From the NCBI GenBank assembly GCA_900299355.1, contig OMJR01000125.1, forward strand, positions 1 through 36,375: a DNA stretch of 36,375 bases, given 5' to 3'. This document shows positions 1 through 8,340 of this stretch, one piece after another. The notes beneath the pieces are model-generated. The model ran no database searches. It was not told the origin of the DNA and saw only the letters and a program-made list of their open reading frames with translations. Positions within the stretch are counted from its first letter, which is position 1, and each line of letters starts with the position of its first letter. A program made the translations under genes and the position numbers. This DNA comes from Anaerolineaceae bacterium. Its GTDB lineage: Bacteria > Chloroflexota > Anaerolineae > Anaerolineales > UBA11579.

Positions 1-39
1 ACTCAGGCGTTGGTGGACCAGCTTGTCTTCTGCTTTCAT
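1..39 (-). CDS. IS481-family transposase, N-terminal 13 codons (partial)
   Basis: MKAEDKLVHQRLS resembles the N-terminus of IS481 transposases (..HQRLSVLELA..); strong RBS; only 13 aa visible. Confidence 0.6.
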   Translation of the reverse strand, partial: MKAEDKLVHQRLS

Positions 40-98
40 GGTTGTCTCTCCTTGGTGGCAATAACACCATTGTGTTAGGAGAGAAACTTAGTTGTACA
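1..98 (-). mobile_element. Left end of an IS481-family insertion sequence (continues off the window)
   Basis: Minus strand reads TGTACAACTAAGTTTCTCTCC... from 98 (TGT terminus typical of IS481), then AAGGAGAG RBS and ATG at 39. Only one end is visible. Confidence 0.65.
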
Positions 99-107
99 TG
101 TAAACCG

Positions 108-926
108 TTAGGCGGGCAGCAAAGCCGCCAGCAGGGCGACCCATAAGGGCAGCAAATCCAACCCACCGGTGGAGCTGCCAAAAGTGGTCAGTAGGCTAAT
201 CCCCAGCGCCAGGACTACGGCGGCCAGCAGCCGGCGGCGGTTGAAGTCGCCCCCGCGATCATCGGGGCCCAGATCGCGGCGAGGCAGGCGCCAAAGCCAA
301 ATCAGGAAAAAGGTCAACGTGATCCCGGCAGCCCACAGGATCGGCGGCTCGGGTGTCTGCCAAGCCGGCCAGTCGCTGCGCCACCAGGTGACGAGGGCCG
401 CCGACCAGGCGAGGGCGGCGAAGGCCAGGTTTTCGGCCCGGTCGGTAAAGACTGCATCCAATATGAAAGCCAGCGCGGCGGCGATACCCAGCCAGCCATT
501 GCCGCTGACTAGCAGAGCCAGCACGGCGCCCAGCAGCAGCACGCTGCGATCGGCGCGCACCAGGCGCAGCCCGGCGGCGCGGTTGACCAGGCGCAGCAGC
601 AAGAGCATCAGTACCGACCCGGCAAAGGCGACTGGTCCCCAGGCGATCGCCGAGCCGCCCGCCACCAGGGCCGCCAGCCAGCCCGTCCATGGGCGCGGTG
701 GATCCAACTCGCGGGCTAACACCCAGGCCACAAAGGCGGCGCCCCCGCTGTTCAGGCCGCTGAACACGGCCGCCATCAGCCCTTCGCCAGCCAGCAAGCT
801 GAGCAGCCCGGCGAGCACGCCAACAGCTAGTGTGATTCCGGCGATTAGGCGGTGGGCCGGGTAACGGAAACTAAACTCGCGGCCCAGACCCGAGCGGACA
901 ATCGATGTATTTTTAGATGAACTCAT
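108..926 (-). CDS. Hypothetical multi-pass membrane protein
   Basis: 272 aa with about 8 hydrophobic segments; WVLARELDP motif; TGcTATAAT 9 nt upstream of ATG. Confidence 0.8.
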   Translation of the reverse strand: MSSSKNTSIVRSGLGREFSFRYPAHRLIAGITLAVGVLAGLLSLLAGEGLMAAVFSGLNSGGAAFVAWVLARELDPPRPWTGWLAALVAGGSAIAWGPVAFAGSVLMLLLLRLVNRAAGLRLVRADRSVLLLGAVLALLVSGNGWLGIAAALAFILDAVFTDRAENLAFAALAWSAALVTWWRSDWPAWQTPEPPILWAAGITLTFFLIWLWRLPRRDLGPDDRGGDFNRRRLLAAVVLALGISLLTTFGSSTGGLDLLPLWVALLAALLPA

Positions 927-954
927 AGCGTGGCGATTATAGCATTGAGATTAA

Positions 955-989
955 ACAAAAACGCCGCCCGATAAGAGCGGCGTTTTTGT
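955..989. terminator. Intrinsic terminator hairpin (bidirectional-type)
   Basis: ACAAAAACGCCGC ... GCGGCGTTTTTGT inverted repeat just downstream of the 1003..1407 gene. Confidence 0.8.
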
Positions 990-1002
990 AGCTCGGCGTG
1001 GG

Positions 1003-1407
1003 TTATTCGCGGGTAAACCAGCCGATGATGGTGCGGATGGCCACTGCCAGGACGGCGACGCCAAGGAAGTTGCCCAACTCGGAGAGGGTGTCGATTACTC
1101 CGGTAGCGAGGCTGGGCGGCAAATCGCCCAGCAATTGGGCGAAAAAGAGCACGGCCAGCGTGATCAAAATGAATTCGGTTTCCTCACCTTCGGGGATGAA
1201 GATCCAACCGCCAACCAGGGCGAGCAGGATAAGCAACCAGGTGACCCACTCGCTGATGCTGGCGGCGGGCACGATGCCGATGATGACGGCCAGCACAATA
1301 CCGGCCAGGAACATGTTTTTGCCTACGGTCTTAATTTCCACGGTGTTTCCTTTTTTGGTCTGGGTGCTCGATTTGCTGCTGCTTTTCTTGGGCTTGGCTT
1401 CCGCCAT
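1003..1407 (-). CDS. Small membrane protein (Lys/Ser-rich N-terminus, ~4 TM)
   Basis: ATG at 1407 (MAEAKPKK) preceded by GGAGG; four hydrophobic helices. Confidence 0.8.
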   Translation of the reverse strand: MAEAKPKKSSSKSSTQTKKGNTVEIKTVGKNMFLAGIVLAVIIGIVPAASISEWVTWLLILLALVGGWIFIPEGEETEFILITLAVLFFAQLLGDLPPSLATGVIDTLSELGNFLGVAVLAVAIRTIIGWFTRE

Positions 1408-1419
1408 GGCCACCTCCAA

Positions 1420-1563
1420 TTAGATAAAACGAAAGATCAACAGGATGAGGATAATGGGCAGGATTAGATTGAGCAAGCCATTTCGGCCACGAAAGTTCAG
1501 GCCGCGGGTGGGGATCACCCCCAGTAAGATCAAAACGATCACGACAAGCAAAATGGTTTCCAT
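1420..1563 (-). CDS. 47-aa two-TM small protein, DUF3309-like
   Basis: Below the ORF-track cutoff; translated by hand: METILLVVIVLILLGVIPTRGLNFRGRNGLLNLILPIILILLIFRFI*; GAGG RBS; stop abuts the RBS of the next gene. Confidence 0.7.
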   Translation of the reverse strand: METILLVVIVLILLGVIPTRGLNFRGRNGLLNLILPIILILLIFRFI

Positions 1564-1678
1564 AGCATCCTCGCTTCTTAGAACCCAATGAGGCAGGGCG
1601 GGTTACGAGTTTTGATTGACCTTGCAACTATATCAAGTTGAAACGATTAAAATGGTCGCAGACCTGGAGGCTTGAACG

Positions 1679-2242
1679 ATGATTGAGATCTTTCCGTTAT
1701 CACCTGAGCGCATGGATGATATGACCACCTTGTTTGACGGCCAGGCGATGACCGGGGATTGCTGGTGCATGTGGTGGCTGATTCCGATGAAAGCTTTCCA
1801 CGAAGCCGGCGCGGCGGGCAACAAGGCCGCCTTCAAGGACGTGGCGCACGCCAGCGAGGAACCGATGGGCTTGCTGGCCTACAAGCATGGCAAAGCGGTG
1901 GGTTGGTGCGCCGTCGGTCCACGGGAGCGCTACGCGCGCGCCATCAAGACGCCGACCTACCGCGGGGCGGATTTAGAAGAAGAAGGGGTGTGGCTGGCGC
2001 CCTGTTTCTACATTCTGCCGGAGGTGCGCGGCGAAGGCGTGGCCACCGCATTGCTGAAGGCCGCCGTCGAACTGGCTCAGCAGCACGGCGCCAGCGCTCT
2101 GGAGGGTTTTCCCTATGAGGGCGACAAGCGCCGCAGCGGCGGCAGCATCCAGGTGGGGGTGGAGAGTTTGTTCAATGCTTGCGGCTTTGAGCGCCTGCGT
2201 AAATCGTCCGGCAGCCGGGTGATTATGCGTAAAGAGGTCTGA
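1679..2242 (+). CDS. GNAT family N-acetyltransferase
   Basis: CWCMWW N-terminal motif, VGWCAVGPR, motif A (VRGEGVATALL), LEGFP; GGAGG RBS. Confidence 0.9.
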   Translation: MIEIFPLSPERMDDMTTLFDGQAMTGDCWCMWWLIPMKAFHEAGAAGNKAAFKDVAHASEEPMGLLAYKHGKAVGWCAVGPRERYARAIKTPTYRGADLEEEGVWLAPCFYILPEVRGEGVATALLKAAVELAQQHGASALEGFPYEGDKRRSGGSIQVGVESLFNACGFERLRKSSGSRVIMRKEV

Positions 2243-2244
2243 GC

Positions 2245-3423
2245 TTATTTGCGTGGGGCGTAGCGCGAGGCTTCTTTAGACAGCTGTGCATCGCGCCAGG
2301 CAAAGCGGCGGGTGTAATCGCTGGACTGGCCTTCCAGCACATCAGCGGTTACCGGCCCGAGCATGGGGGTGAACTTGAAGGCGTGGCCGCTGCCGCCGGT
2401 ACTGATAAGTAATCCCCACCGCTGGGGATGATAATCAATCCAGAAATCGCCATCGGCGGTATCGCAATAGAAGCATAAACGCTCATAGGTCTTGGGCGCG
2501 GACGCCACGGACTTTAACGATTCGGCAAAGAAGGCCCGGAAGCGTTCCTCGGTGCCGGCCGGCATGCGCCGTTCGCCGCTGGGGTCCATCGCCCACCCCG
2601 GGCCGTGGTTGGCGACCTTGACGGTGCCATCCGCCTGGGCGGGGAAACCGTACCAGCCGGTCTGCTCCACGTCGGCGGTCCAGACCGGGAAGGCCGGCGG
2701 GCGCAAGGCATCCGGATGCTCAGGCATGAAGTGCATCACCGGTTGGGCCACCGGCCACATGTATTCGCTGAGTTCGGGCAGCAACTGGGCGGTCCAGGCG
2801 CCGGCGGCCAGTACGACCACATCGGCGTGATAACGATCTCCCTTGCGGGTCTGCACGCCGGTTACGCGGCCATCGCTTTCGATGAGTTTGGCAAAGGCTG
2901 CGCCGGGCACCAGGCTGACGCCTTCGCGTTCGGCTTGCTGCGCCAGCAGGGTAACGACGCGGCCGCTGGGCGACCAGCCGCCTTGTGGGTTGTAGTAACC
3001 TTCGGGATAGTGCTCAGCCGTCCAGGCTGGAAAATGTTCGGCCAGGCTGGCGCTATCCAGGCGCTGAGTGGCGTGGCCGCGGGTGGCCAGCACTTGCAGG
3101 CTTTTGTGTTCAAAGGATGCGGGGGTCAACGGCTTGCGCGACAGATAGAGCACGCCGGTTTCGTGATAGACCGCTTCGCCAAACTCCTCGCTCCACTGTT
3201 TCCAGAGGGCAATCGAGTCTTCGGCCAGGCGGGTGTAGAGTTCGTCGCTGCCGTAATCCAGGCGTACGACCTTGCTGATGTCGGTGGAGGCGGCGTCGGG
3301 GTGCGGCAGCGGGCCGGGGTCCAGCACGGTGACGCCATGGCCGCGGCGGCGCAATTCCAGGGCGCTGCTCAGGCCAAAGGCGCCGCCACCAACGATGAGG
3401 ACGGATGATGTTGGGGCAGGCAT
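2245..3423 (-). CDS. FAD-dependent oxidoreductase, sarcosine oxidase / fructosyl-amino acid oxidase-like (DAO family)
   Basis: GGGAFG Rossmann motif, AASTDISKVVR, RLCFYCDT (Cys at the covalent-flavin position of this family), GGSGHAFKF. Confidence 0.88.
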   Translation of the reverse strand: MPAPTSSVLIVGGGAFGLSSALELRRRGHGVTVLDPGPLPHPDAASTDISKVVRLDYGSDELYTRLAEDSIALWKQWSEEFGEAVYHETGVLYLSRKPLTPASFEHKSLQVLATRGHATQRLDSASLAEHFPAWTAEHYPEGYYNPQGGWSPSGRVVTLLAQQAEREGVSLVPGAAFAKLIESDGRVTGVQTRKGDRYHADVVVLAAGAWTAQLLPELSEYMWPVAQPVMHFMPEHPDALRPPAFPVWTADVEQTGWYGFPAQADGTVKVANHGPGWAMDPSGERRMPAGTEERFRAFFAESLKSVASAPKTYERLCFYCDTADGDFWIDYHPQRWGLLISTGGSGHAFKFTPMLGPVTADVLEGQSSDYTRRFAWRDAQLSKEASRYAPRK

Positions 3424-3483
3424 GTGGACATTATAGATGGAGAAAGGGGAAGGGGAAAGGAGAAGGGAGAAAGGTCAGGAAGG

Positions 3484-3570
3484 GTAATTGGTAACTAGTA
3501 ATTGGAAACTGAAGCTGCCGAACTGAAGGGAAAGCCTTGAAGCCATTACCATTTACCAGTTACTAATTAC
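3484..3570. repeat. Inverted heptamer array (GTAAYTR x4 ... reverse complement x4)
   Basis: gtaattg gtaacta gtaattg gaaactg (3484-3511) and ccattac catttac cagttac taattac (3543-3570); preceded by a purine-rich, roughly 7-periodic tract at ~3440-3483. Confidence 0.75.
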
Positions 3571-4075
3571 TAGCCTTGAAATTCTTCTCTCCGGCTGGGA
3601 TGGCGACCTTGAGGCGATTTTCGCCGGGGGGCAGGGGGCAGTTCCAATTCTCGTTATAGGCGCAGTAGGGGTTGTAGGCTTCGTTGAAGTCAATCAGGAA
3701 GCTACCGTCCTCCTGCTGCTCCGGGTCCAGATAGCGGCCGGCGCCATAGGTTTCGTTGCCAGCGTTGGCATCCACAAAGGGCAGGAAGTAACCATGCGGG
3801 CTGGCGAAGAGCGTCAGTTCGACCTGCTGGCCGTACACCGGGAAGCTGAAGCGGCCGTAGCGTTTGTAGGTTTTGATGTCGCCGGTGCTGGTGGTCAGGT
3901 CGACCAGCTCCTGGTCTTCGTAGGGTTCGATATCAATTTCAAAGCGCAGGGCCTCATTCTCCGGATAGTAGTTGAGACCCTCGAAAGATTCCTTTTGTTC
4001 CTGCTCCAACGGGCTGTGAGCGTCGTTGGCGAAGAATTCATCTTTGAACTTGCGAGCTTGTTCCAATTCAGTCAT
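3563..4075 (-). CDS. DUF1684 domain protein
   Basis: FLPFVDANAGNETYGAGRYLD, IDFNEAYNPYCAYNENWNCPLPPGENRL, AGEK signatures; ATG 4075 with GAGG RBS. Confidence 0.92.
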   Translation of the reverse strand: MTELEQARKFKDEFFANDAHSPLEQEQKESFEGLNYYPENEALRFEIDIEPYEDQELVDLTTSTGDIKTYKRYGRFSFPVYGQQVELTLFASPHGYFLPFVDANAGNETYGAGRYLDPEQQEDGSFLIDFNEAYNPYCAYNENWNCPLPPGENRLKVAIPAGEKNFKASN

Positions 4076-4126
4076 AGTGCACCTCTTCAATCAGGACGGC
4101 CTGGCGGCGGCACTCCTTACAACGCA

Positions 4127-4158
4127 AACGGGCGCGGCCTTGTTGCGCCGCGCCCGTT
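4127..4158 (-). terminator. Hairpin/terminator downstream of the prenyltransferase
   Basis: AACGGGCGCGGC (4127-4138) / GCCGCGCCCGTT (4147-4158), 12-bp stem, short U tract. Confidence 0.6.
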
Positions 4159-4176
4159 GAATTTAAGCCATTGTGC

Positions 4177-5218
4177 TTAGAACAGGTTAGTGATGAAGGG
4201 GCTGGTGATATTCAGCCAGTTGAGCACATAGGGGGTGGCGATGTTCAAGAGCAGGCCGATGACGAAGAATTCGCCCGCCTGGCGGTTGAAGTGCATCGCC
4301 CAACCCACGTACCACAGCGGCCAAACGGTCCAGCCTTCGGGGGCTTTCTTGGGCTTGGGCTCGCTGTAGACCTTCCAGGTTTCGCGCAAGCGGCCGACGG
4401 CCAGGAAGGTGAGCAGGATCCAGGGGCCGGTGTAACCCAGCACAACCAGGGCGATAATGATCACATAGAAGAGGATGAAGCTGATCTTGTTGAGCACCTT
4501 GGAGCGCTCAGCGCCCAGCAGCACCGGCACCGACTTCACGCCGATCTTCTTGTCCGGGTCGATCTTGTCGATGTGCTTGCCGACCAGCACCGAAGCGACG
4601 ATCAAGCCGTAGGGCAGGGTCAGCAACCACAAGGCGGGGGTCAGGGCAGCGCCGGCGGCGTAAGCCGTGCCGCCAATCATCAGCGGACCCCACACGATCA
4701 GGGCGGTCAATTCGCCCAGGCCGTACTTCTTGAGGATCGTGGTGTAGGTCAGGCTGAGCAGCAGGCCGCCAACCGCGAAGCCAATGATCGCCGGGCCGCG
4801 CACGTTGAAGATCACCAGCATGATTGCCAGATCCACAATGTTGAGCAGCAGCGCGGCAAAGAGCAGGCCGTTGGGCGTGGTCAGGCCGCCCAGCAGCGGG
4901 TGGGTGCTGTACTGCGCGCGGGGATAATCCTCGGTGTCCACGCCCTGGCGCACATCGCTCCAGTCGTTGAGGATGTTGTTGGACGCGTGGGCAATCACAA
5001 CCCCGATCACGGAAAGAATGCCCAGCAGCCAAGTTCACCGTGCCTTGCTCAGCGGCGATCAGCAGGCCGATCATGCCGGAAGTCAGCGACATGGAGAATA
5101 CGCAGGCGCGCGAGATCACCAGCCAGCGGGTCACGCCGTCCGCGATCTCAATCTGGGGCACGTTGCAGCCATCAATGGCCATCTTCCAGCGGCGGAAGAG
5201 TTGCAGATCAATGGCCAT
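4177..5218 (-). pseudogene. UbiA/MenA-family prenyltransferase with a +1 frameshift near 5031 and an uncertain 5' end
   Basis: 5' part (FRRWKMAIDGCNVP..WLVISRACVFSMSLTSG) lies in the frame of ORF 4508..5389; 3' part (AHASNNILNDWSD..GVDT; KHIDKIDPDKKIGVKSVPV) lies in ORF 4177..5010. Removing one base of AAC TTGG gives continuous VNWLLGILSVIGVVIAH. May be a sequencing error. Confidence 0.8.
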
Positions 5219-5392
5219 CGGGCGGCCTACATACAGGGTGGACACTTGCTGGTCGTGCAGGGCTTTCACCAAGCCGGCGTATTGGTGGCCGGCCCCGCGC
5301 TGATTTGGGAAGGCGGCAACGGCCTGACCTATCGGCTTGAGTCCGACCGCCCACTGGACCAACTTATCCGTATCGCCGAATCGATACAATAG
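5195..5392 (+). pseudogene. C-terminal fragment of a DUF4367-like (anti-sigma-type extracytoplasmic domain) gene, 5' part missing
   Basis: EELQINGHRAAYIQG...ALIWEGGNGLTYRLESDRPLDQLIRIAESIQ* resembles DUF4367-type C-termini; upstream in-frame sequence is only the antisense of the prenyltransferase; stop overlaps the RBS of the next gene. Confidence 0.6.
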
Positions 5393-5394
5393 GA

Positions 5395-6015
5395 GTGATG
5401 ATGACCTTCAAAAGGATAGTAACCTTCGTGCTGTTGGCAGTTGCCTTGCTGGCGCTAAGCGCGGTAAGCGCCGTGGCGAAGGGGCCACCCGGATATATCG
5501 ACTTTGAAGTACCCGGCATGTGGCGCAACTTCCGCTTGGAAAAACCGGACGTGCCGATGGAACTGAGCATGGGCCAATTCTCAGATTTTTTGTCACCGGT
5601 GGAAGGCCCCGATAACCTGGGCGCTGGTTTTATCATGACCCGCGGCTGGTTTGATGAGGATGGCGAAGCAGTGCCCTGGGACCGGCTGTTCTTCTTTGCT
5701 AATCTGGATGGCGACCTTGGCTATGTCTACTACTTTGGGTTGGTCAACGGCAGCAGCGAATATGATGGGCGCTGGTTCCAGGTGTCTGCGGAAGGGCAGG
5801 CGAAGTTAATTGAAGTGCTCAACGAGGAAGGTGTGCACTTTGCCGGCCTGAATCCGGGGGAATACTACACCTTTGGTGAGGGGCGATCAGCCATGGCTAC
5901 TGATCCCGTGGTGGAGGAAAGTGCGCTGGAGGTGGCTGGTCTGCCAACCGCCATGGGCGCGCTGGCCCTGGCTGGTCTTGGCCTGTGGTGGGTCTCCCGC
6001 GCTAAGCGTGACTAG
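5395..6015 (+). CDS. Secreted protein with signal peptide and C-terminal membrane anchor
   Basis: Signal peptide ending AVA-KGPP; C-terminal hydrophobic helix followed by RAKRD; AGGAG RBS. Confidence 0.8.
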   Translation: MMMTFKRIVTFVLLAVALLALSAVSAVAKGPPGYIDFEVPGMWRNFRLEKPDVPMELSMGQFSDFLSPVEGPDNLGAGFIMTRGWFDEDGEAVPWDRLFFFANLDGDLGYVYYFGLVNGSSEYDGRWFQVSAEGQAKLIEVLNEEGVHFAGLNPGEYYTFGEGRSAMATDPVVEESALEVAGLPTAMGALALAGLGLWWVSRAKRD

Positions 6016-6052
6016 CAAAAAAAGCGGGCGAGATATCTCGCCCACTTTTTGC
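6015..6052. terminator. Bidirectional intrinsic terminator
   Basis: GCAAAAAAAGCGGGCGAGAT/ATCTCGCCCACTTTTTGC between convergent genes. Confidence 0.85.
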
Positions 6053-6068
6053 TTAAGTAATGGAGCGG

Positions 6069-6728
6069 CTAAGCGCGTCGCCACACCGCCTGGACCAGGA
6101 AATAGCCGCCAACCAGAATCAGCAGGCTGGGCCAGACCACTTCCCAATTGGCCAGCTCGCCGAGGTTGATATAGAGCCCGAAACCGATTAGGAAGATGGC
6201 TGGGAAGATGCCCCAGCTCATCCGCTCCCCATTGACGCGGATGAAGCTGAGCGCGAGGAAAGTGAGGCCCATGCCCAGGAAGAGCACGCCGCCGCCATCA
6301 ATCGGCGAGTTACCCAGCACATCGTCCACCACTGTTACCGCGGCGAGCGAGTACATCACCCCGGCGGGGATGATTGCCCACCAGTTGATGCTGTTGCGCA
6401 GGTAGGCCAGCAGGAAGGCGGTGCCCAGGAAGATAAATAACACTGCGCCGCCAATCGCACGGCCTACTGCGGGCAGGAAGAGGTTCAGCAAGCCTTCCAC
6501 CGCAAAAGCAGCCAGCACAAAAGCGATCAGGGCCAGCCACCAACTATCTAGGTCTTCCCGGTAGCGGCCATAGAAGTTCAGCGCTCCGAGTGCGAAAAGG
6601 CCGGTGAAGATCGCGTCGCCGGCGCCGCCGCCGAGGTAGCCGAGTTGTTGCAGCAGGATCAGCACGCCGGCCGCAATAAGCAGCGTGCCGAAGATTGTGC
6701 GTGAATTTTGTGTGATTTGTTTAATCAT
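6069..6728 (-). CDS. LiaF/LiaI-like multi-pass membrane protein (paralog of 7637..8281)
   Basis: GTLLIAAGVLILL start, WWAIIPAGV, WPSLLILVGGYFL; visibly colinear with 7637..8281. Confidence 0.8.
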   Translation of the reverse strand: MIKQITQNSRTIFGTLLIAAGVLILLQQLGYLGGGAGDAIFTGLFALGALNFYGRYREDLDSWWLALIAFVLAAFAVEGLLNLFLPAVGRAIGGAVLFIFLGTAFLLAYLRNSINWWAIIPAGVMYSLAAVTVVDDVLGNSPIDGGGVLFLGMGLTFLALSFIRVNGERMSWGIFPAIFLIGFGLYINLGELANWEVVWPSLLILVGGYFLVQAVWRRA

Positions 6729-6753
6729 GGTTGCTCCAAACGAGTGTCTGAGA

Positions 6754-7545
6754 TTAGCTAATGCGCACCGAACTCATGCCGGTGTCGATCTCAATCTGGG
6801 CTTTGTTGGCGGCGCTTTCGTAATCGGGGGAGGTGTAGTGCTTGCCATTGCGCGGGAAACGGGTGGTGTTGATCGCGATATCGGCCATGCCGGAGGACAC
6901 GCGGATGTCGGCCGCTACACCCTCGGGGACTTCGATCTCGATTGAGGAGGCACCCGAATCGATATCCACATGAGTGAAGCCCGCCTTAGCCGGCAGCACC
7001 AGCTTGGTGGAGGAAGCGCCGGTCTCCAGACGGAAATCTTTTACCTGCAGGTCGCGCAGGTCCAGCTCATTGCTGTTGGCCCCGGATTGCAGGCGCAAAC
7101 TGATCGGCACCTGGTCGGTGAGGCCGAAATCCCAGCGCAGCGGGCCGCCGCCCCACATCCACGGAAAGGCCATCCAGGCCTCCGAACTGGTGCTGATCTT
7201 CAAGATCGCTTTTCCCTTGCTTTGGCGGCTGTGGATGTCCACAGCGCTGAAATCGCCTTCGACCAGTTGGCCGAACGGGGCGGGACCGCGCAGGATGAGC
7301 TGGCCAGCGCCGTGTTCGATGCTGACGTTGGCTTGGCTGGCGTCTTCCAGCGGGAGGGCAATGTGCTCCATGTCCGCCGTTGCGCCACCCAGGCGCGGCC
7401 CGAGCAAGACAAAGATGCCCAAGAGAATAAGCAGGAAAGGCCAGATCATCGCGAAGTTGAAATCGATCAGGCCCAGGTTGTCAGCCAGGAAGAGGCCGCC
7501 GACACCGATCAGTACCAGGCCCCAGAACAATCTCCATGTTGTCAT
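6754..7545 (-). CDS. LiaF-like protein: N-terminal TM hairpin plus C-terminal beta-repeat (toast-rack/adhesin-like) domain
   Basis: LFWGLVLIGVGGLFLADNLG..IWPFLLILLGI followed by repeated xGAS/xGMA beta units. Confidence 0.8.
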   Translation of the reverse strand: MTTWRLFWGLVLIGVGGLFLADNLGLIDFNFAMIWPFLLILLGIFVLLGPRLGGATADMEHIALPLEDASQANVSIEHGAGQLILRGPAPFGQLVEGDFSAVDIHSRQSKGKAILKISTSSEAWMAFPWMWGGGPLRWDFGLTDQVPISLRLQSGANSNELDLRDLQVKDFRLETGASSTKLVLPAKAGFTHVDIDSGASSIEIEVPEGVAADIRVSSGMADIAINTTRFPRNGKHYTSPDYESAANKAQIEIDTGMSSVRIS

Positions 7546-7636
7546 ATCAAACTCCTAGATCCCAAACCTGAAGAGGAAATCCACATTGATTATAGGGCTT
7601 GCCCAGCAACGGCCCAGTGTCAGATGTCCGCTGTGC

Positions 7637-8281
7637 TTAGCCGCGGCGCAGCGAGGAAACCAGGAAATACAAGCCGCCCAGCACCAGCAGCGAAGGCCAG
7701 ATGTAATCCCATAAAGCTTGCTGGCTGAAGCCGATAAAGAGGCCAAACACCAGCAAGGGCAGGGCTGGGAAGATGGCCCAATTCATACGTTCGCCATCCA
7801 CCGTAAGGAAATTGATGATCAGAAAGGTCAAGCCCATGCCGATGAAAAGGATGCCAGCGCTATCAAAGGGCAGAGGGTCGACGAGTTCCTCGACTACCAG
7901 CATGGTGGTCAGCGAAAACAGCACGCCGCCGGGAATCAGGGCCCACCACATCGCACGGTCGATCGCGAATACCACCAGGAAGGCCAGTGCTATTACACCC
8001 AAGAGCAGCGCGCCGCCGAATTGATCAGCGAAGCCCAGCAGGGCCATCTCCGAGACTTTGAGCAGGGTCAGTGCGAGCAGAATGAGACCGGCGAGGGCGG
8101 CCCACCAGCGGCGGCGGTCCTGGGCGAAGCTGCTTAGAAAGAAGATCATGCCTACGCCAAATGAGAGGGCAAAAATTGGGTCCTCTAATTCGCCGCTGAT
8201 CAGATTCAGTTCCTGCAAGCCAAAGAGTACGCCAGCCAAAATGAGTAATAAACCAATCACGGTGCGCGGGTCGCGTCGCAT
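7637..8281 (-). CDS. LiaF/LiaI-like multi-pass membrane protein (paralog of 6069..6728)
   Basis: GLLLILAGVLFGL, WWALIPGGV, WPSLLVLGGLYFL. Confidence 0.8.
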   Translation of the reverse strand: MRRDPRTVIGLLLILAGVLFGLQELNLISGELEDPIFALSFGVGMIFFLSSFAQDRRRWWAALAGLILLALTLLKVSEMALLGFADQFGGALLLGVIALAFLVVFAIDRAMWWALIPGGVLFSLTTMLVVEELVDPLPFDSAGILFIGMGLTFLIINFLTVDGERMNWAIFPALPLLVFGLFIGFSQQALWDYIWPSLLVLGGLYFLVSSLRRG

Positions 8282-8340
8282 AAATGTCTCCTCGCTAGTG
8301 AGCCGTCATGATTATATTCGTAAAACAGGGGTCAAAAGTT

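Noticed and set aside
5935-6015. LPTAMG + TM + basic tail as a sortase sorting signal
   Set aside because: It does not fit LPxTG spacing; a plain C-terminal membrane anchor explains it.
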